Source: Thermoplasmata archaeon
Lineage (GTDB): Archaea > Thermoplasmatota > Thermoplasmata > Lutacidiplasmatales > SKW197
Length of the DNA stretch: 64,000 nucleotides
Direction: 5' to 3'
Assembly: GCA_038874435.1 (NCBI GenBank)
Contig: JAVZCK010000006.1
Span: forward strand, 37,332 to 101,331
Shown: one piece after another, positions 23,314 to 31,803 of the stretch
How the letters are laid out: the number at the start of each line of letters is the position of its first letter
Numbering within the stretch: the stretch's first letter is position 1
Notes under the pieces: model-generated
What the model saw: the letters and a program-made list of their open reading frames with translations, nothing else
What the model was told of the DNA's origin: nothing
The model's database searches: none
Made by a program: the position numbers and the translations under genes

Positions 23314-24333
23314 ATGTCAGAAGGGGTGGGAAAAATGCATGTTTATGAAGATAGAACCACAAAAAAGCTGATGCGAAAAGGTGTGTTCTCTCTGTCTAGC
23401 AAGCACCATGACCGTGAGGCACACACATTCAAGGAACATGCACCATTTAGTATTCCTCAGGCAATTGGACTCTGCTTTGTGCTCTCTGTTCTACTTTACT
23501 GGCTCCCAATCTTTGGCCCAATGATTGCCGGCTATGTGTGTGGAAGAAGGGCCGGGACTGCGCTAAAGGGTGCTGCCTGCGGGCTTGTGGCAGGGCTGAT
23601 TCTGTTTATCATTGGCTACATTCTTATACTTGACATATTCTCTGCGGGCACAATTCTGAGAACATGCCAGGACACTCTCTGGAACTGGATTCAGGGTGCT
23701 AATCCTGTAATCGCAAGCTATTGTCTCTTCATAAGCCAGTGGGCTGCATTCATTGCTGCAGTTTTCAGAAGTTTCCTCCTCACGGAGCCAGGGAATCTTG
23801 TGCTTCTTGTGGTTTTTGGATACATCGGTGGTGCAATCGCCGCCCAGAGATACAGAGAAATCAGTGCTAAGGGAAACCATTTTGCAGGAAGTCATGACTC
23901 CAAGCCAAAGCACACCTGGACATTCTTTAACTCAAGGGCAAGGTATGAACCTGAGAGATACTACTATGTGAAGGCAAAAGAGCCAGAAAGAAAAACCTAT
24001 TATGTGAGCAGGCCAGTTGAACCAGTAGAGATTGAGGAAGAACCAGTGGTCATAAAAGCGAAACCAGAGAGGAAGAGAGGAGAACAGCGAAAAAAGGGCG
24101 GGAGGAGAGAAGACGCAGTAAAACGGGAAGAAGTCAATACATTCTCAGATGACGAATACTACATTCTTGGAAAGGCAAAACCAGTAAAAGATGTTGAACC
24201 AGAGGAGAACGAGGAACAAGCGATCACGAGAAAGAACAGAGGTATCAACAGCATTGTGGAGCGAGCAATGAGGGCAAGAGAAGAGGAGATGGAGAGAGGG
24301 AGCCAGAGGGCTGAGGAACTGGGGGTGCTGTAG
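23314..24333 (+). CDS. membrane protein with Pro/Glu/Lys-rich charged cytoplasmic tail, unknown function
   Basis: The central hydrophobic helices (IPQAIGLCFVLSVLLYWLPIFGPMIAGYV...) are followed by low-complexity 'KAKEPERKTYYVSRPVEPVEIEEEPVVIKAKPERKRGEQRKKGGRRED'. Confidence 0.4.
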   Translation: MSEGVGKMHVYEDRTTKKLMRKGVFSLSSKHHDREAHTFKEHAPFSIPQAIGLCFVLSVLLYWLPIFGPMIAGYVCGRRAGTALKGAACGLVAGLILFIIGYILILDIFSAGTILRTCQDTLWNWIQGANPVIASYCLFISQWAAFIAAVFRSFLLTEPGNLVLLVVFGYIGGAIAAQRYREISAKGNHFAGSHDSKPKHTWTFFNSRARYEPERYYYVKAKEPERKTYYVSRPVEPVEIEEEPVVIKAKPERKRGEQRKKGGRREDAVKREEVNTFSDDEYYILGKAKPVKDVEPEENEEQAITRKNRGINSIVERAMRAREEEMERGSQRAEELGVL

Positions 24334-24337
24334 GAAC

Positions 24338-25540
24338 TTAGATTTTTATTTCTTCCCCCACATCAATCACCCTTGCTTCTCCCATCCTGCTTATGACTAT
24401 ATCCAGGTCTTTGAAGCCCGTACCCGTGACCAGGCACACAACATTGTCATTCTTGCTTATTACACCAGCATTCCTTAATGCAATTATCCCGGCGAGCGAT
24501 GCACTTCCTGTGGGTTCTGCAAAAATCCCAGCATACTTTGCAAGCAACTCCTGGGCCTCAAGAATCAGAGCATCTGGCACTGCAATTGCACTTCCACCAT
24601 TTCGATACATCAACTTCAATGCCGCATTTCCATCCCATGTATAGGGGTCAGCAATTCCGCCAGCAACTGTTTTCGGGCCCTCCCATGCTCTAATCTCTTT
24701 CCGCTCCTTCCATGCTCTCACAAGGGGCGCACAACCCTCTGACTGTACAGCATGCACAACAGGCTCTTTTCCTATCCAGCCAAGCTCCTTATACTCTCTA
24801 AAGCCCTTCAGTGTGCCGAGCAAGAGCCCGGCACCACCTACAGGCACCACAACCGCATCTGCCTCTATTTGCTCTGCAACCTCATACGCAATTGTTTTTG
24901 CACCCTCTATCTGATAAGGATTGAAGCTTCCAAAGCTCGGCACAGCATGCCAGCCGAATTTTTCCACACAAATAGAGAGCATCTCTGCAGTCGGGTCCTT
25001 TCCCTTTTCTCGCTCCCTTACCCTGTAAACTCTCGCACCCAGCATCTGCAATTGTGCAATCTTGGATTTAGGTGCATCAACTGGCACAAAGGTAACGCAT
25101 TTCAATCCAAATCTGGCACACCAGGCCGCAAGTGAGGTTGCAGCGTTGCCTGATGAAGCACTGGCTAAAACCTCCGCCCCAAATTCCAGGGCCTTGTTTG
25201 CACCCACAACAATTGGCCTATCCTTGAAACTACCAGTCGGATTCACTGTCTCATTTTTCAGGTAGAGATTTTTCAGCCCGAGTTTTTCGCAGAGCCGTTC
25301 AGATTTTATGAGAGGCGTGTAGCCCTCCCCAAGTGTTTTCGGGTTTTTAGCCAGCAATGGCAAAAACTCAAAGTATTTTGCAACCACATTTCCTTTGCGA
25401 TGCTCCACTTCCTCCCTTGAAACCTCAATTTCATCAATGTTCATGAAAACTTCTAACCTCCCTGAGCAGGGGCATGTGTAGATTTTTTCCATTCCGTACT
25501 CTTTCCCGCACTTTTCACAAACGAGTTTGTACTTCTGCAT
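24338..25540 (-). CDS. thrC: threonine synthase (PLP-dependent)
   Basis: N-terminal Zn-ribbon-like 'CEKCGKEY...CPCSG'. PLP-lysine motif 'NPTGSFKDRP'. Gly-rich PLP-phosphate loop 'VVVPVGGAG'. Confidence 0.85.
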   Translation of the reverse strand: MQKYKLVCEKCGKEYGMEKIYTCPCSGRLEVFMNIDEIEVSREEVEHRKGNVVAKYFEFLPLLAKNPKTLGEGYTPLIKSERLCEKLGLKNLYLKNETVNPTGSFKDRPIVVGANKALEFGAEVLASASSGNAATSLAAWCARFGLKCVTFVPVDAPKSKIAQLQMLGARVYRVREREKGKDPTAEMLSICVEKFGWHAVPSFGSFNPYQIEGAKTIAYEVAEQIEADAVVVPVGGAGLLLGTLKGFREYKELGWIGKEPVVHAVQSEGCAPLVRAWKERKEIRAWEGPKTVAGGIADPYTWDGNAALKLMYRNGGSAIAVPDALILEAQELLAKYAGIFAEPTGSASLAGIIALRNAGVISKNDNVVCLVTGTGFKDLDIVISRMGEARVIDVGEEIKI

Positions 25541-25747
25541 GAAGCTTGGAAAACCTTCACTTATTTATCACTTGGGACAAAAGGCAATCAGTAAACTTTT
25601 TATATTCTTACTTAGTTATAGATAACGAGAGCTGTATGGCGATACCAGCCTCATGGATTGCATGCGTCCAGCGTGCAGGTTTATTTGGTTAGATGCTCAA
25701 AGCATACTAGCCGACCTCATATCCATGTATTTAGGGCTGGCGCTGAA

Positions 25748-26743
25748 ATGCAGCTGGAGCAATACGAGGGCATTCTTTCTGGAAAGAGAAAAGCCAACTT
25801 TCTGCTAGCGAAAAAATATCGCTTGGATTTTGAAAAAAATGCATCGCTAGAAGAACTCTGGGAGATTCATGATGAAGCAGTTGCAGAACTGAAAAACGGA
25901 AATCAGCATAACAAAGGAAAATCCAGTCTGCTGGAATTGAAAAAAGAGATTGCCTGGAAAATGCTGGAGAACTGTGAATTCTGCGAACGGCGATGCAAAG
26001 CAAACAGAAAAGCTGGAAAGCGAGGGATGTGTGGTGTCTTAGAGCCAAAAATTGCCTCTGAGTTTCTGCATTTTGGCGAGGAACCAATGCTTGTGCCCTC
26101 CCACACAATTTTCTTTGCTGGCTGCACTTTCAAATGCATTTTCTGTCAGAACTGGGACATAAGCCAGTATCCAGAGAATGGAGTGAGTGCTTCGCCAGAG
26201 GAAATGGTTGCAGTAATCAAGGCAAGGCACACTGTTTCATTGAATGTGAATTGGGTTGGTGGTGAGCCAACACCGAATCTTCCGTTTATCATAGATGTGC
26301 TCTGCAATCTTGAGATTAACATTCCGCAAATCTGGAATTCCAATATGTACATGACCAGAGAAACCATGAAGTTATTGGATGGTATTGTTGACCTTTATCT
26401 TTCCGACTTCAAGTATGGCAATGATACCTGTGCAGAAAAACTATCTGGTGTAAAGAAATACATGGAGGTTGTGCTCCGCAACCACAAGGAAGCAAACAGG
26501 CAGTGCGATTTGTTAATCAGACATCTCGTGATGCCTGAACATGTGGATTGCTGCAGCCTTCCATTGCTGGATTTGATAGATAAAGAACTTGAGAAAAAAA
26601 ATCTGCTGCTCAACATAATGGACCAATACAGGCCAGAATACAAAGCCCATGAAGTGCCTGGAATGGACAGAAGAATCACGAACAAGGAGTTTTACACTGT
26701 GTTGAAGCATGCAAAAGGGTTAGGGTTTTCCTGCACTCCCTGA
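25748..26743 (+). CDS. radical SAM protein, PflX-like (pyruvate formate-lyase activating enzyme homologue, COG1313-type)
   Basis: 'FAGCTFKCIFCQNWDIS' is the CxxxCxxC radical-SAM cluster motif with the FCQN signature typical of PflX. The ORF track starts at 25658, but those first 30 codons look non-coding, so I take the 'MQLEQYEG' Met. Confidence 0.65.
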   Translation: MQLEQYEGILSGKRKANFLLAKKYRLDFEKNASLEELWEIHDEAVAELKNGNQHNKGKSSLLELKKEIAWKMLENCEFCERRCKANRKAGKRGMCGVLEPKIASEFLHFGEEPMLVPSHTIFFAGCTFKCIFCQNWDISQYPENGVSASPEEMVAVIKARHTVSLNVNWVGGEPTPNLPFIIDVLCNLEINIPQIWNSNMYMTRETMKLLDGIVDLYLSDFKYGNDTCAEKLSGVKKYMEVVLRNHKEANRQCDLLIRHLVMPEHVDCCSLPLLDLIDKELEKKNLLLNIMDQYRPEYKAHEVPGMDRRITNKEFYTVLKHAKGLGFSCTP

Positions 26744-28030
26744 ACTTACTAATTTTGCCATTCCCCTGCAGAGCAGGAACATTGCTGCAAATTCTGGCAC
26801 TTCCGCTAATCCTTCCTTGTGCGAAAATTTTTCTCCCTTGAGTTGAATTTCGACTGGCTTTGTAATCTCAAGTTTCACTGGCACATCAGAATATGTTGGA
26901 GGCACTGCATCTCTCAATGGCTCAAAATCCTCAAATTCCTGTCTCGTCATCTCCTTCACAACCAGCCCTGTTTTACCATGGAGCGTGAATGGAAGGCGGA
27001 TAAGCCGCTTGATGTCTGATGTTACTGGCTCATCGGTCTCGCCACCGATTGCGGGTGTTAACTTCTGCACCACAAACAAAATGAGTGCATTTTGGGATGT
27101 TGCGGACAACACAGCCAGTGTTTCTTTCTCAATCACCACTTTGTATTTTTCTTTCAAATACAGTTCATCGTAAAGCGCTTCTCCGGTTGCGGGTCCAATA
27201 CCTTTCACACCACCTTTTCTACCTTGAATCATAGACTGGAATTCCTCTTTGCTGAGATTTTTCCACTCGAGAACTGTAGAAATGATTCCATCCCTCAATC
27301 GTTTTTTCCAGCCCATAGCATCTGGTGGCGGAAGTTTTATTGAAATTTTTCCTTTCTGTGGATACTTCGAGTCTTCCTTCAGCCCTCCTGGAATGTAATC
27401 ATCCACATCAAACAGATACCTTATGTTTTCCCTAATTTCACCAATCCTCTCCCCCTCTATCAGTCCGGTTCCAGCAATGTAGTCCACAATCTCTCGCCTC
27501 TCGTTTGAACCGAGTTTTCTGACGCAATCCTTGGTTATGTGGGCATGATAGCCCCTGCCTCCAGAAAACACAATCTTCACATCGTTTTCCTCAAACCCAA
27601 AGTCGTTGAGCAGGTAATCATCCACGAGTTTCTTGAATTCCTCCTTCACCTTTGCCAGCATCTCTGGATAGCTCATTTTCTCGCTCCCTGGGATGTGGTC
27701 TGCGTCAAGGTCAAATATCAGGTCGGCACCGAGCCAGCCCTTCTCATCCATTGTTCTTGCATCTGGCTTTCTGTAAAGAGCAGAGGAATAATAAATGTGG
27801 GCGGGCACTCTCTCTACAATAAACTTTTTGAGGCCAGCAGGTGCAAAGCCAATGTGTCTTACCATCCCCGGTTTTCCAAAGAACATAAAGGCAAACTCTC
27901 TCTGCTGAATGTCTGAAACAGAAAGCTCTGTCTGCTGGTAATACTTCTTGAATCTTGTCTGGATAAAGCTTATGCGTTCCCTCTCCTCTGGCTGAATTTT
28001 TTGCACCTCTTTCTGCTCTCCTTGGGTCAT
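26720..28030 (-). CDS. priS: DNA primase small (catalytic) subunit PriS (archaeo-eukaryotic primase)
   Basis: 'WLGADLIFDLDADHIPG' is the AEP catalytic DxD motif, and the overall N-terminal region matches archaeal PriS. The 3' end overlaps the convergent radical-SAM gene by 24 nt. Confidence 0.8.
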   Translation of the reverse strand: MTQGEQKEVQKIQPEERERISFIQTRFKKYYQQTELSVSDIQQREFAFMFFGKPGMVRHIGFAPAGLKKFIVERVPAHIYYSSALYRKPDARTMDEKGWLGADLIFDLDADHIPGSEKMSYPEMLAKVKEEFKKLVDDYLLNDFGFEENDVKIVFSGGRGYHAHITKDCVRKLGSNERREIVDYIAGTGLIEGERIGEIRENIRYLFDVDDYIPGGLKEDSKYPQKGKISIKLPPPDAMGWKKRLRDGIISTVLEWKNLSKEEFQSMIQGRKGGVKGIGPATGEALYDELYLKEKYKVVIEKETLAVLSATSQNALILFVVQKLTPAIGGETDEPVTSDIKRLIRLPFTLHGKTGLVVKEMTRQEFEDFEPLRDAVPPTYSDVPVKLEITKPVEIQLKGEKFSHKEGLAEVPEFAAMFLLCRGMAKLVSSGSAGKP

Positions 28031-28278
28031 TGGAAGCGGGAGAACACAAAAGTAAAAAAAGGTTTGCAGAGCATCTACGGAAACTTAATATCCTTCCAAA
28101 AATTATAGGTATCGTGGGAAATTTCATAGTGTACACGGGCTATTTCCTTGCAGTGGTAATCATGCTCCTAGGAGTTTACTTTGCAGTGCGACAGCACGAA
28201 TTGGTTATTGGAGCGGTGTGCTTGATTGCAGGGATAATCATGGCATACCTTTTCCTGATGAGAAGACCAGAATACTAG
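28030..28278 (+). CDS. small 2-TM membrane protein, hypothetical
   Basis: 82-aa ORF with two hydrophobic helices (IVGNFIVYTGYFLAVVIMLLGVYF; AVCLIAGIIMAYLFL). It fits the gap between the PriS start and the S2P stop exactly. Confidence 0.3.
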   Translation: MEAGEHKSKKRFAEHLRKLNILPKIIGIVGNFIVYTGYFLAVVIMLLGVYFAVRQHELVIGAVCLIAGIIMAYLFLMRRPEY

Positions 28279-29789
28279 CGCCGCATTGCCACTGTAAACT
28301 CAATGCTTTTCTCCATTGAGGTTCCTGCAGGCATCACCTTGAACTCCAGCTTGACGAAATTGTATGTTGAATAATTTCCAATAAACTGAAGCCAGATCAT
28401 GCAGTTGATTTTCTCACCTGGCTTCAAGCGTGGAGTAAAAGCTGTGAAATTTGAAATCGTGGATGTTTGATTTTTGTGGATGTAAGAGTATTCAACCGTG
28501 AGATTTTGTTTATAATCTCTATCAGGAATTGTGGTGTTGTTTGTGGTAAGTTTCACACCAACAAGCACAATTGCGTACCTGGAGTAAATTTCGCCCATGT
28601 TCTCTATTTGAATTTCAAAGTCAACAGTAAGGTTTTCATTAACTGACTTTTCTTTCACATCAGAATTCAACCCAAAATTCATACTTGCATCCCTCAAGGG
28701 CACCACAACAAAACTGCTTATCAGTATAAGCACCGCCACAACACCAACAATCTTTCTTTTATTGTCCAGTTTTGATATAGTGTTAAGAGGTGGTGGATGT
28801 CGCAATCCCAAAATTATCACAAGGAACGCAAAAAACAACCACCCAGGATACATAAAGCTCATCACGAGCATTCCCAACACTGCTGCATAGCCAAGATACC
28901 TTGCATTGCTTCCAAACAGGGCATTCACAATGTGGCCTCCATCAAGCTGTCCTGCGGGCAGAAGATTGATTGCAGTGACAAACAGCCCCACCCATCCAGC
29001 AATAGCCGTGGGATGAAGCCCTTCTGGAGCAAAGGGAAGCATTGAGGAAAGCAATTCAAAGAAGAGTGAGGAGCCCAAGACCAAGCCACCACCATCAAGA
29101 ATCACAGGAGGATGGATTGTCGAAAGGTAAAGTCCAATCCCTGTTACTGGGATTGCAACTAGAAAACCACAGATGGGGCCAGCAAATCCTATGTCCATTA
29201 ATGCCTTCCTATCTGGAATTGGCTCTTTGATGCTTATAAAAGCCCCCATTGTGCCAAAGAGGAAAGGTGGAGGAACAGGAATAAAGTAAGGCAGTGTTGC
29301 ACTTACTCCATGCCTTTTTGCTGCAAAATAATGTCCCAGTTCATGAATGCCCAAAATTAGCATAAGTGGGATGGCAAAAAAGAGAATACCCGAGAACACA
29401 ACACTTAGTGTAAGCATACCGCTCATCTCTGTAATTCCCACATACCCAGCCCATAGTGTCATTCCTGCCAATGTAGTGGTTGCAATCGTGCCGATGAGCA
29501 AAATTATGTTCCAGATTATATTTGATTGCTTTGTAGGTGGCTTTTTCAACACATGCACCACATGCTCCCCATTCTCTAGGGTAAGTGTAGGCACATAGTT
29601 CTGGGGAATTAGCTCTTTTCGTAATTCGTCAAATTTAGAATCAATCGATTCTAGAGGCGTGCGAATATAGAAAGCAATCTCCATAGGCGAAACTCTGATC
29701 TCATAGATGGAAAAGTATTTGCCCACAGCTCTCTTCAAATAATCAATTTCTGCAGAATTTGCACCTGGGGTTTGCGGAGGAAAGCTCAT
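28275..29789 (-). CDS. site-2 protease family (M50) intramembrane zinc metalloprotease with extracytoplasmic C-terminal domain
   Basis: 'GIHELGHYFAAKRHGV' (HExxH within a TM helix) and 'LPAGQLDGGH' (the LDG motif). C-terminal ~150-aa soluble domain with N-glyc sequons. Confidence 0.8.
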   Translation of the reverse strand: MSFPPQTPGANSAEIDYLKRAVGKYFSIYEIRVSPMEIAFYIRTPLESIDSKFDELRKELIPQNYVPTLTLENGEHVVHVLKKPPTKQSNIIWNIILLIGTIATTTLAGMTLWAGYVGITEMSGMLTLSVVFSGILFFAIPLMLILGIHELGHYFAAKRHGVSATLPYFIPVPPPFLFGTMGAFISIKEPIPDRKALMDIGFAGPICGFLVAIPVTGIGLYLSTIHPPVILDGGGLVLGSSLFFELLSSMLPFAPEGLHPTAIAGWVGLFVTAINLLPAGQLDGGHIVNALFGSNARYLGYAAVLGMLVMSFMYPGWLFFAFLVIILGLRHPPPLNTISKLDNKRKIVGVVAVLILISSFVVVPLRDASMNFGLNSDVKEKSVNENLTVDFEIQIENMGEIYSRYAIVLVGVKLTTNNTTIPDRDYKQNLTVEYSYIHKNQTSTISNFTAFTPRLKPGEKINCMIWLQFIGNYSTYNFVKLEFKVMPAGTSMEKSIEFTVAMRR

Positions 29790-29834
29790 TCATAATCCTC
29801 AAAAATCTTGGTGTAAATAATACTTTTTAAAGGT

Positions 29835-31697
29835 TTACTTCTCATCTACCTTCTTGTATTCCGCATCCACATATTCTTTCTTTCCTTCTTCCTTCTTTTC
29901 CCCTTGGGAATTCTCTGCGTTAGTAGAAGAGGATTGTGCGGTTTGCTGGTAGAGCCGTGTGCTCACAGCACCCACTGTGTTCAGCAGTTCCTCCATTCCT
30001 TTCTTCATAGCATCCACATCTTCCTTTTCCACCGCCTTGTTCAAATTATCAATTGCGTCCTCTATCTTTTTCTTCTCATCCTCGGTTATTTTGTCCTTGA
30101 ACTCATTGAGCATTTTTCTGGTATTGTAAATCAGTCCTTCTGCTTTATTCTTTGTCTCCACCTTTTCCACTACCTTCTTATCCTCTGCCGCATATTTCTC
30201 TGCCTCTTTCACCATTGCATCTATCTGTTCTTTGCTGAGTTTTGTGGAAGCGGTTATTGTGATGCTCTGGGATTTGCCAGTAGCCCTGTCCTTCGCAGAA
30301 ACATGGAGTATGCCATTGGCATCAATGTCAAAAGTCACTTCTATCTGGGGCACGCCTCTGGGTGCAGGTGGAATCCCTGAGAGCAAAAATTTTCCGAGGG
30401 AGGTGTTGTCCTTAGCCAACGGCCTCTCGCCCTGAAGCACATGAATCTCCACAGTGCTTTGGAAGTCAGATGCTGTTGTGAATACCTCTGTTTTCCTTGT
30501 AGGAATTGTGGTATTTCTCTCAATAATTTTCGTGAACACACCGCCAAGCGTTTCTACACCAAGAGAAAGTGGTGTGACATCCAGGAGCAGAATGTCCTTT
30601 ACTTCTCCAGCCAGCACTGCTCCCTGGATTGCTGCACCTATCGCAACGCATTCCATCGGGTCAACACCCCGTTCAATTTTTTTGCCTAAAATTCGTTCAA
30701 CAAAGTTCTGGACTGCGGGCATTCTTGTTGGCCCACCTACAAGAATAACCCTATCAATGTCCTCCTTTGTGAGTTTCGCATCCTTCAACGCCTGGTTAAT
30801 CGGGGTTTCACACCTCTTAAGAATTGGCTCAATTAATTCCTCAAGCTTCGCTCTCGTGAGTTTCATCTGAAGATGTTTGGGTCCTGTACTGTCCGCAGTA
30901 ATGAACGGAAGATTTATCTCTGTTTCCAGCACAGAGGAAAGCTCAATCTTTGCCTTCTCCGCTGCCTCTTTTAATCGCATCATTGCCATTCTGTCATTTC
31001 GTAGGTCTATTCCTGTTTCCTCCTTGAACTTACCAGCAACGTAGTCAATTATTGCATTGTCCATGTCTGTGCCACCAAGTTGGGTATCCCCAGATGTTGA
31101 GAGAACCTCGAAAACACCTTCGCCAAATTCCATAATTGTAACATCAAGTGTTCCTCCACCTAAATCAAACACTAGAATTTTCTGTTCCTTGCCTGCCTTA
31201 TCTATACCATAAGCAAGCGATGCAGCGGTGGGCTCGTTTATTATTCGCACTACCTCCAGTCCCGCAATTGTCCCAGCATCCTTTGTTGCCTGTCTCTGAT
31301 TATCGTTGAAGTATGCTGGTACAGTGATTACTGCTTTATCCACTTTCTCGCCTAGAAATGCCTCCGCATCCTTCTTTATCTTCTGGAGAATGAAGGCAGA
31401 GAGTTGCTGGGGCGTGAATTCCTTTCCATAAATGTTGTACTTGTAGTCGGTACCCATTTTTCGCTTCACAGCATAAACCGTGCCTTCAGGATTTGTAATT
31501 GCCTGCCTCCTTGCTGGTTCTCCCACGAGCAACTGTCCATCCTTTGTGAATGCTACATAAGAGGGAAATGCCTTGCCTCCGATTGTAGTGCCTTCAGCAC
31601 TTGGGATTATAACTGGCTTTCCTCCTTCAATTACTGCTGCTGCAGAATTACTTGTGCCCAGGTCAATCCCTATAATTTTGCCCATATGCATCACCAA
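29835..31697 (-). CDS. dnaK: molecular chaperone DnaK (Hsp70)
   Basis: '[15 protein letters not shown]', '[16 protein letters not shown]', '[13 protein letters not shown]', EEVD-less C-terminal acidic tail. The true start is probably the '[10 protein letters not shown]' Met at 31685. Confidence 0.95.
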   Translation of the reverse strand: MVMHMGKIIGIDLGTSNSAAAVIEGGKPVIIPSAEGTTIGGKAFPSYVAFTKDGQLLVGEPARRQAITNPEGTVYAVKRKMGTDYKYNIYGKEFTPQQLSAFILQKIKKDAEAFLGEKVDKAVITVPAYFNDNQRQATKDAGTIAGLEVVRIINEPTAASLAYGIDKAGKEQKILVFDLGGGTLDVTIMEFGEGVFEVLSTSGDTQLGGTDMDNAIIDYVAGKFKEETGIDLRNDRMAMMRLKEAAEKAKIELSSVLETEINLPFITADSTGPKHLQMKLTRAKLEELIEPILKRCETPINQALKDAKLTKEDIDRVILVGGPTRMPAVQNFVERILGKKIERGVDPMECVAIGAAIQGAVLAGEVKDILLLDVTPLSLGVETLGGVFTKIIERNTTIPTRKTEVFTTASDFQSTVEIHVLQGERPLAKDNTSLGKFLLSGIPPAPRGVPQIEVTFDIDANGILHVSAKDRATGKSQSITITASTKLSKEQIDAMVKEAEKYAAEDKKVVEKVETKNKAEGLIYNTRKMLNEFKDKITEDEKKKIEDAIDNLNKAVEKEDVDAMKKGMEELLNTVGAVSTRLYQQTAQSSSTNAENSQGEKKEEGKKEYVDAEYKKVDEK

Positions 31698-31714
31698 AAT
31701 TGGTATAAATGCAC

Positions 31715-31780
31715 TACTATATAAAACTTTCTAAATGGACACTGGCATACCAGCCAACACCCTCAAAACATTTATATAAT
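31715..31780. promoter_or_regulatory. divergent promoter region with TATA-like boxes for dnaK (minus) and the 31804 gene (plus)
   Basis: 'ggtataaatg' and 'actatataaaac' read as TTTTATATAG on the minus strand, about 40 nt upstream of dnaK. 'catttatataatc' lies about 25-30 nt upstream of the 31804 ATG, a likely leaderless transcript. Confidence 0.3.
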
Positions 31781-31803
31781 CTCTCACAAATATAGATGTC
31801 AGC

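Noticed and set aside
25600-25740. Possible structured small RNA in the thrC/radical-SAM intergenic region (GC-richer stretch 'gcgataccagcctcatggattgcatgcgtccagcgtgcagg')
   Set aside because: No convincing inverted repeat or stem-loop could be built by eye. It is more likely a 5' UTR.
25658-25747. Upstream extension of the radical-SAM ORF (MHASSVQVYLVRCSKHTSRPHIHVFRAGAE...)
   Set aside because: The sequence looks non-coding and lies in the AT-rich intergenic region. The conserved protein begins at the MQLEQYEG Met (25748).
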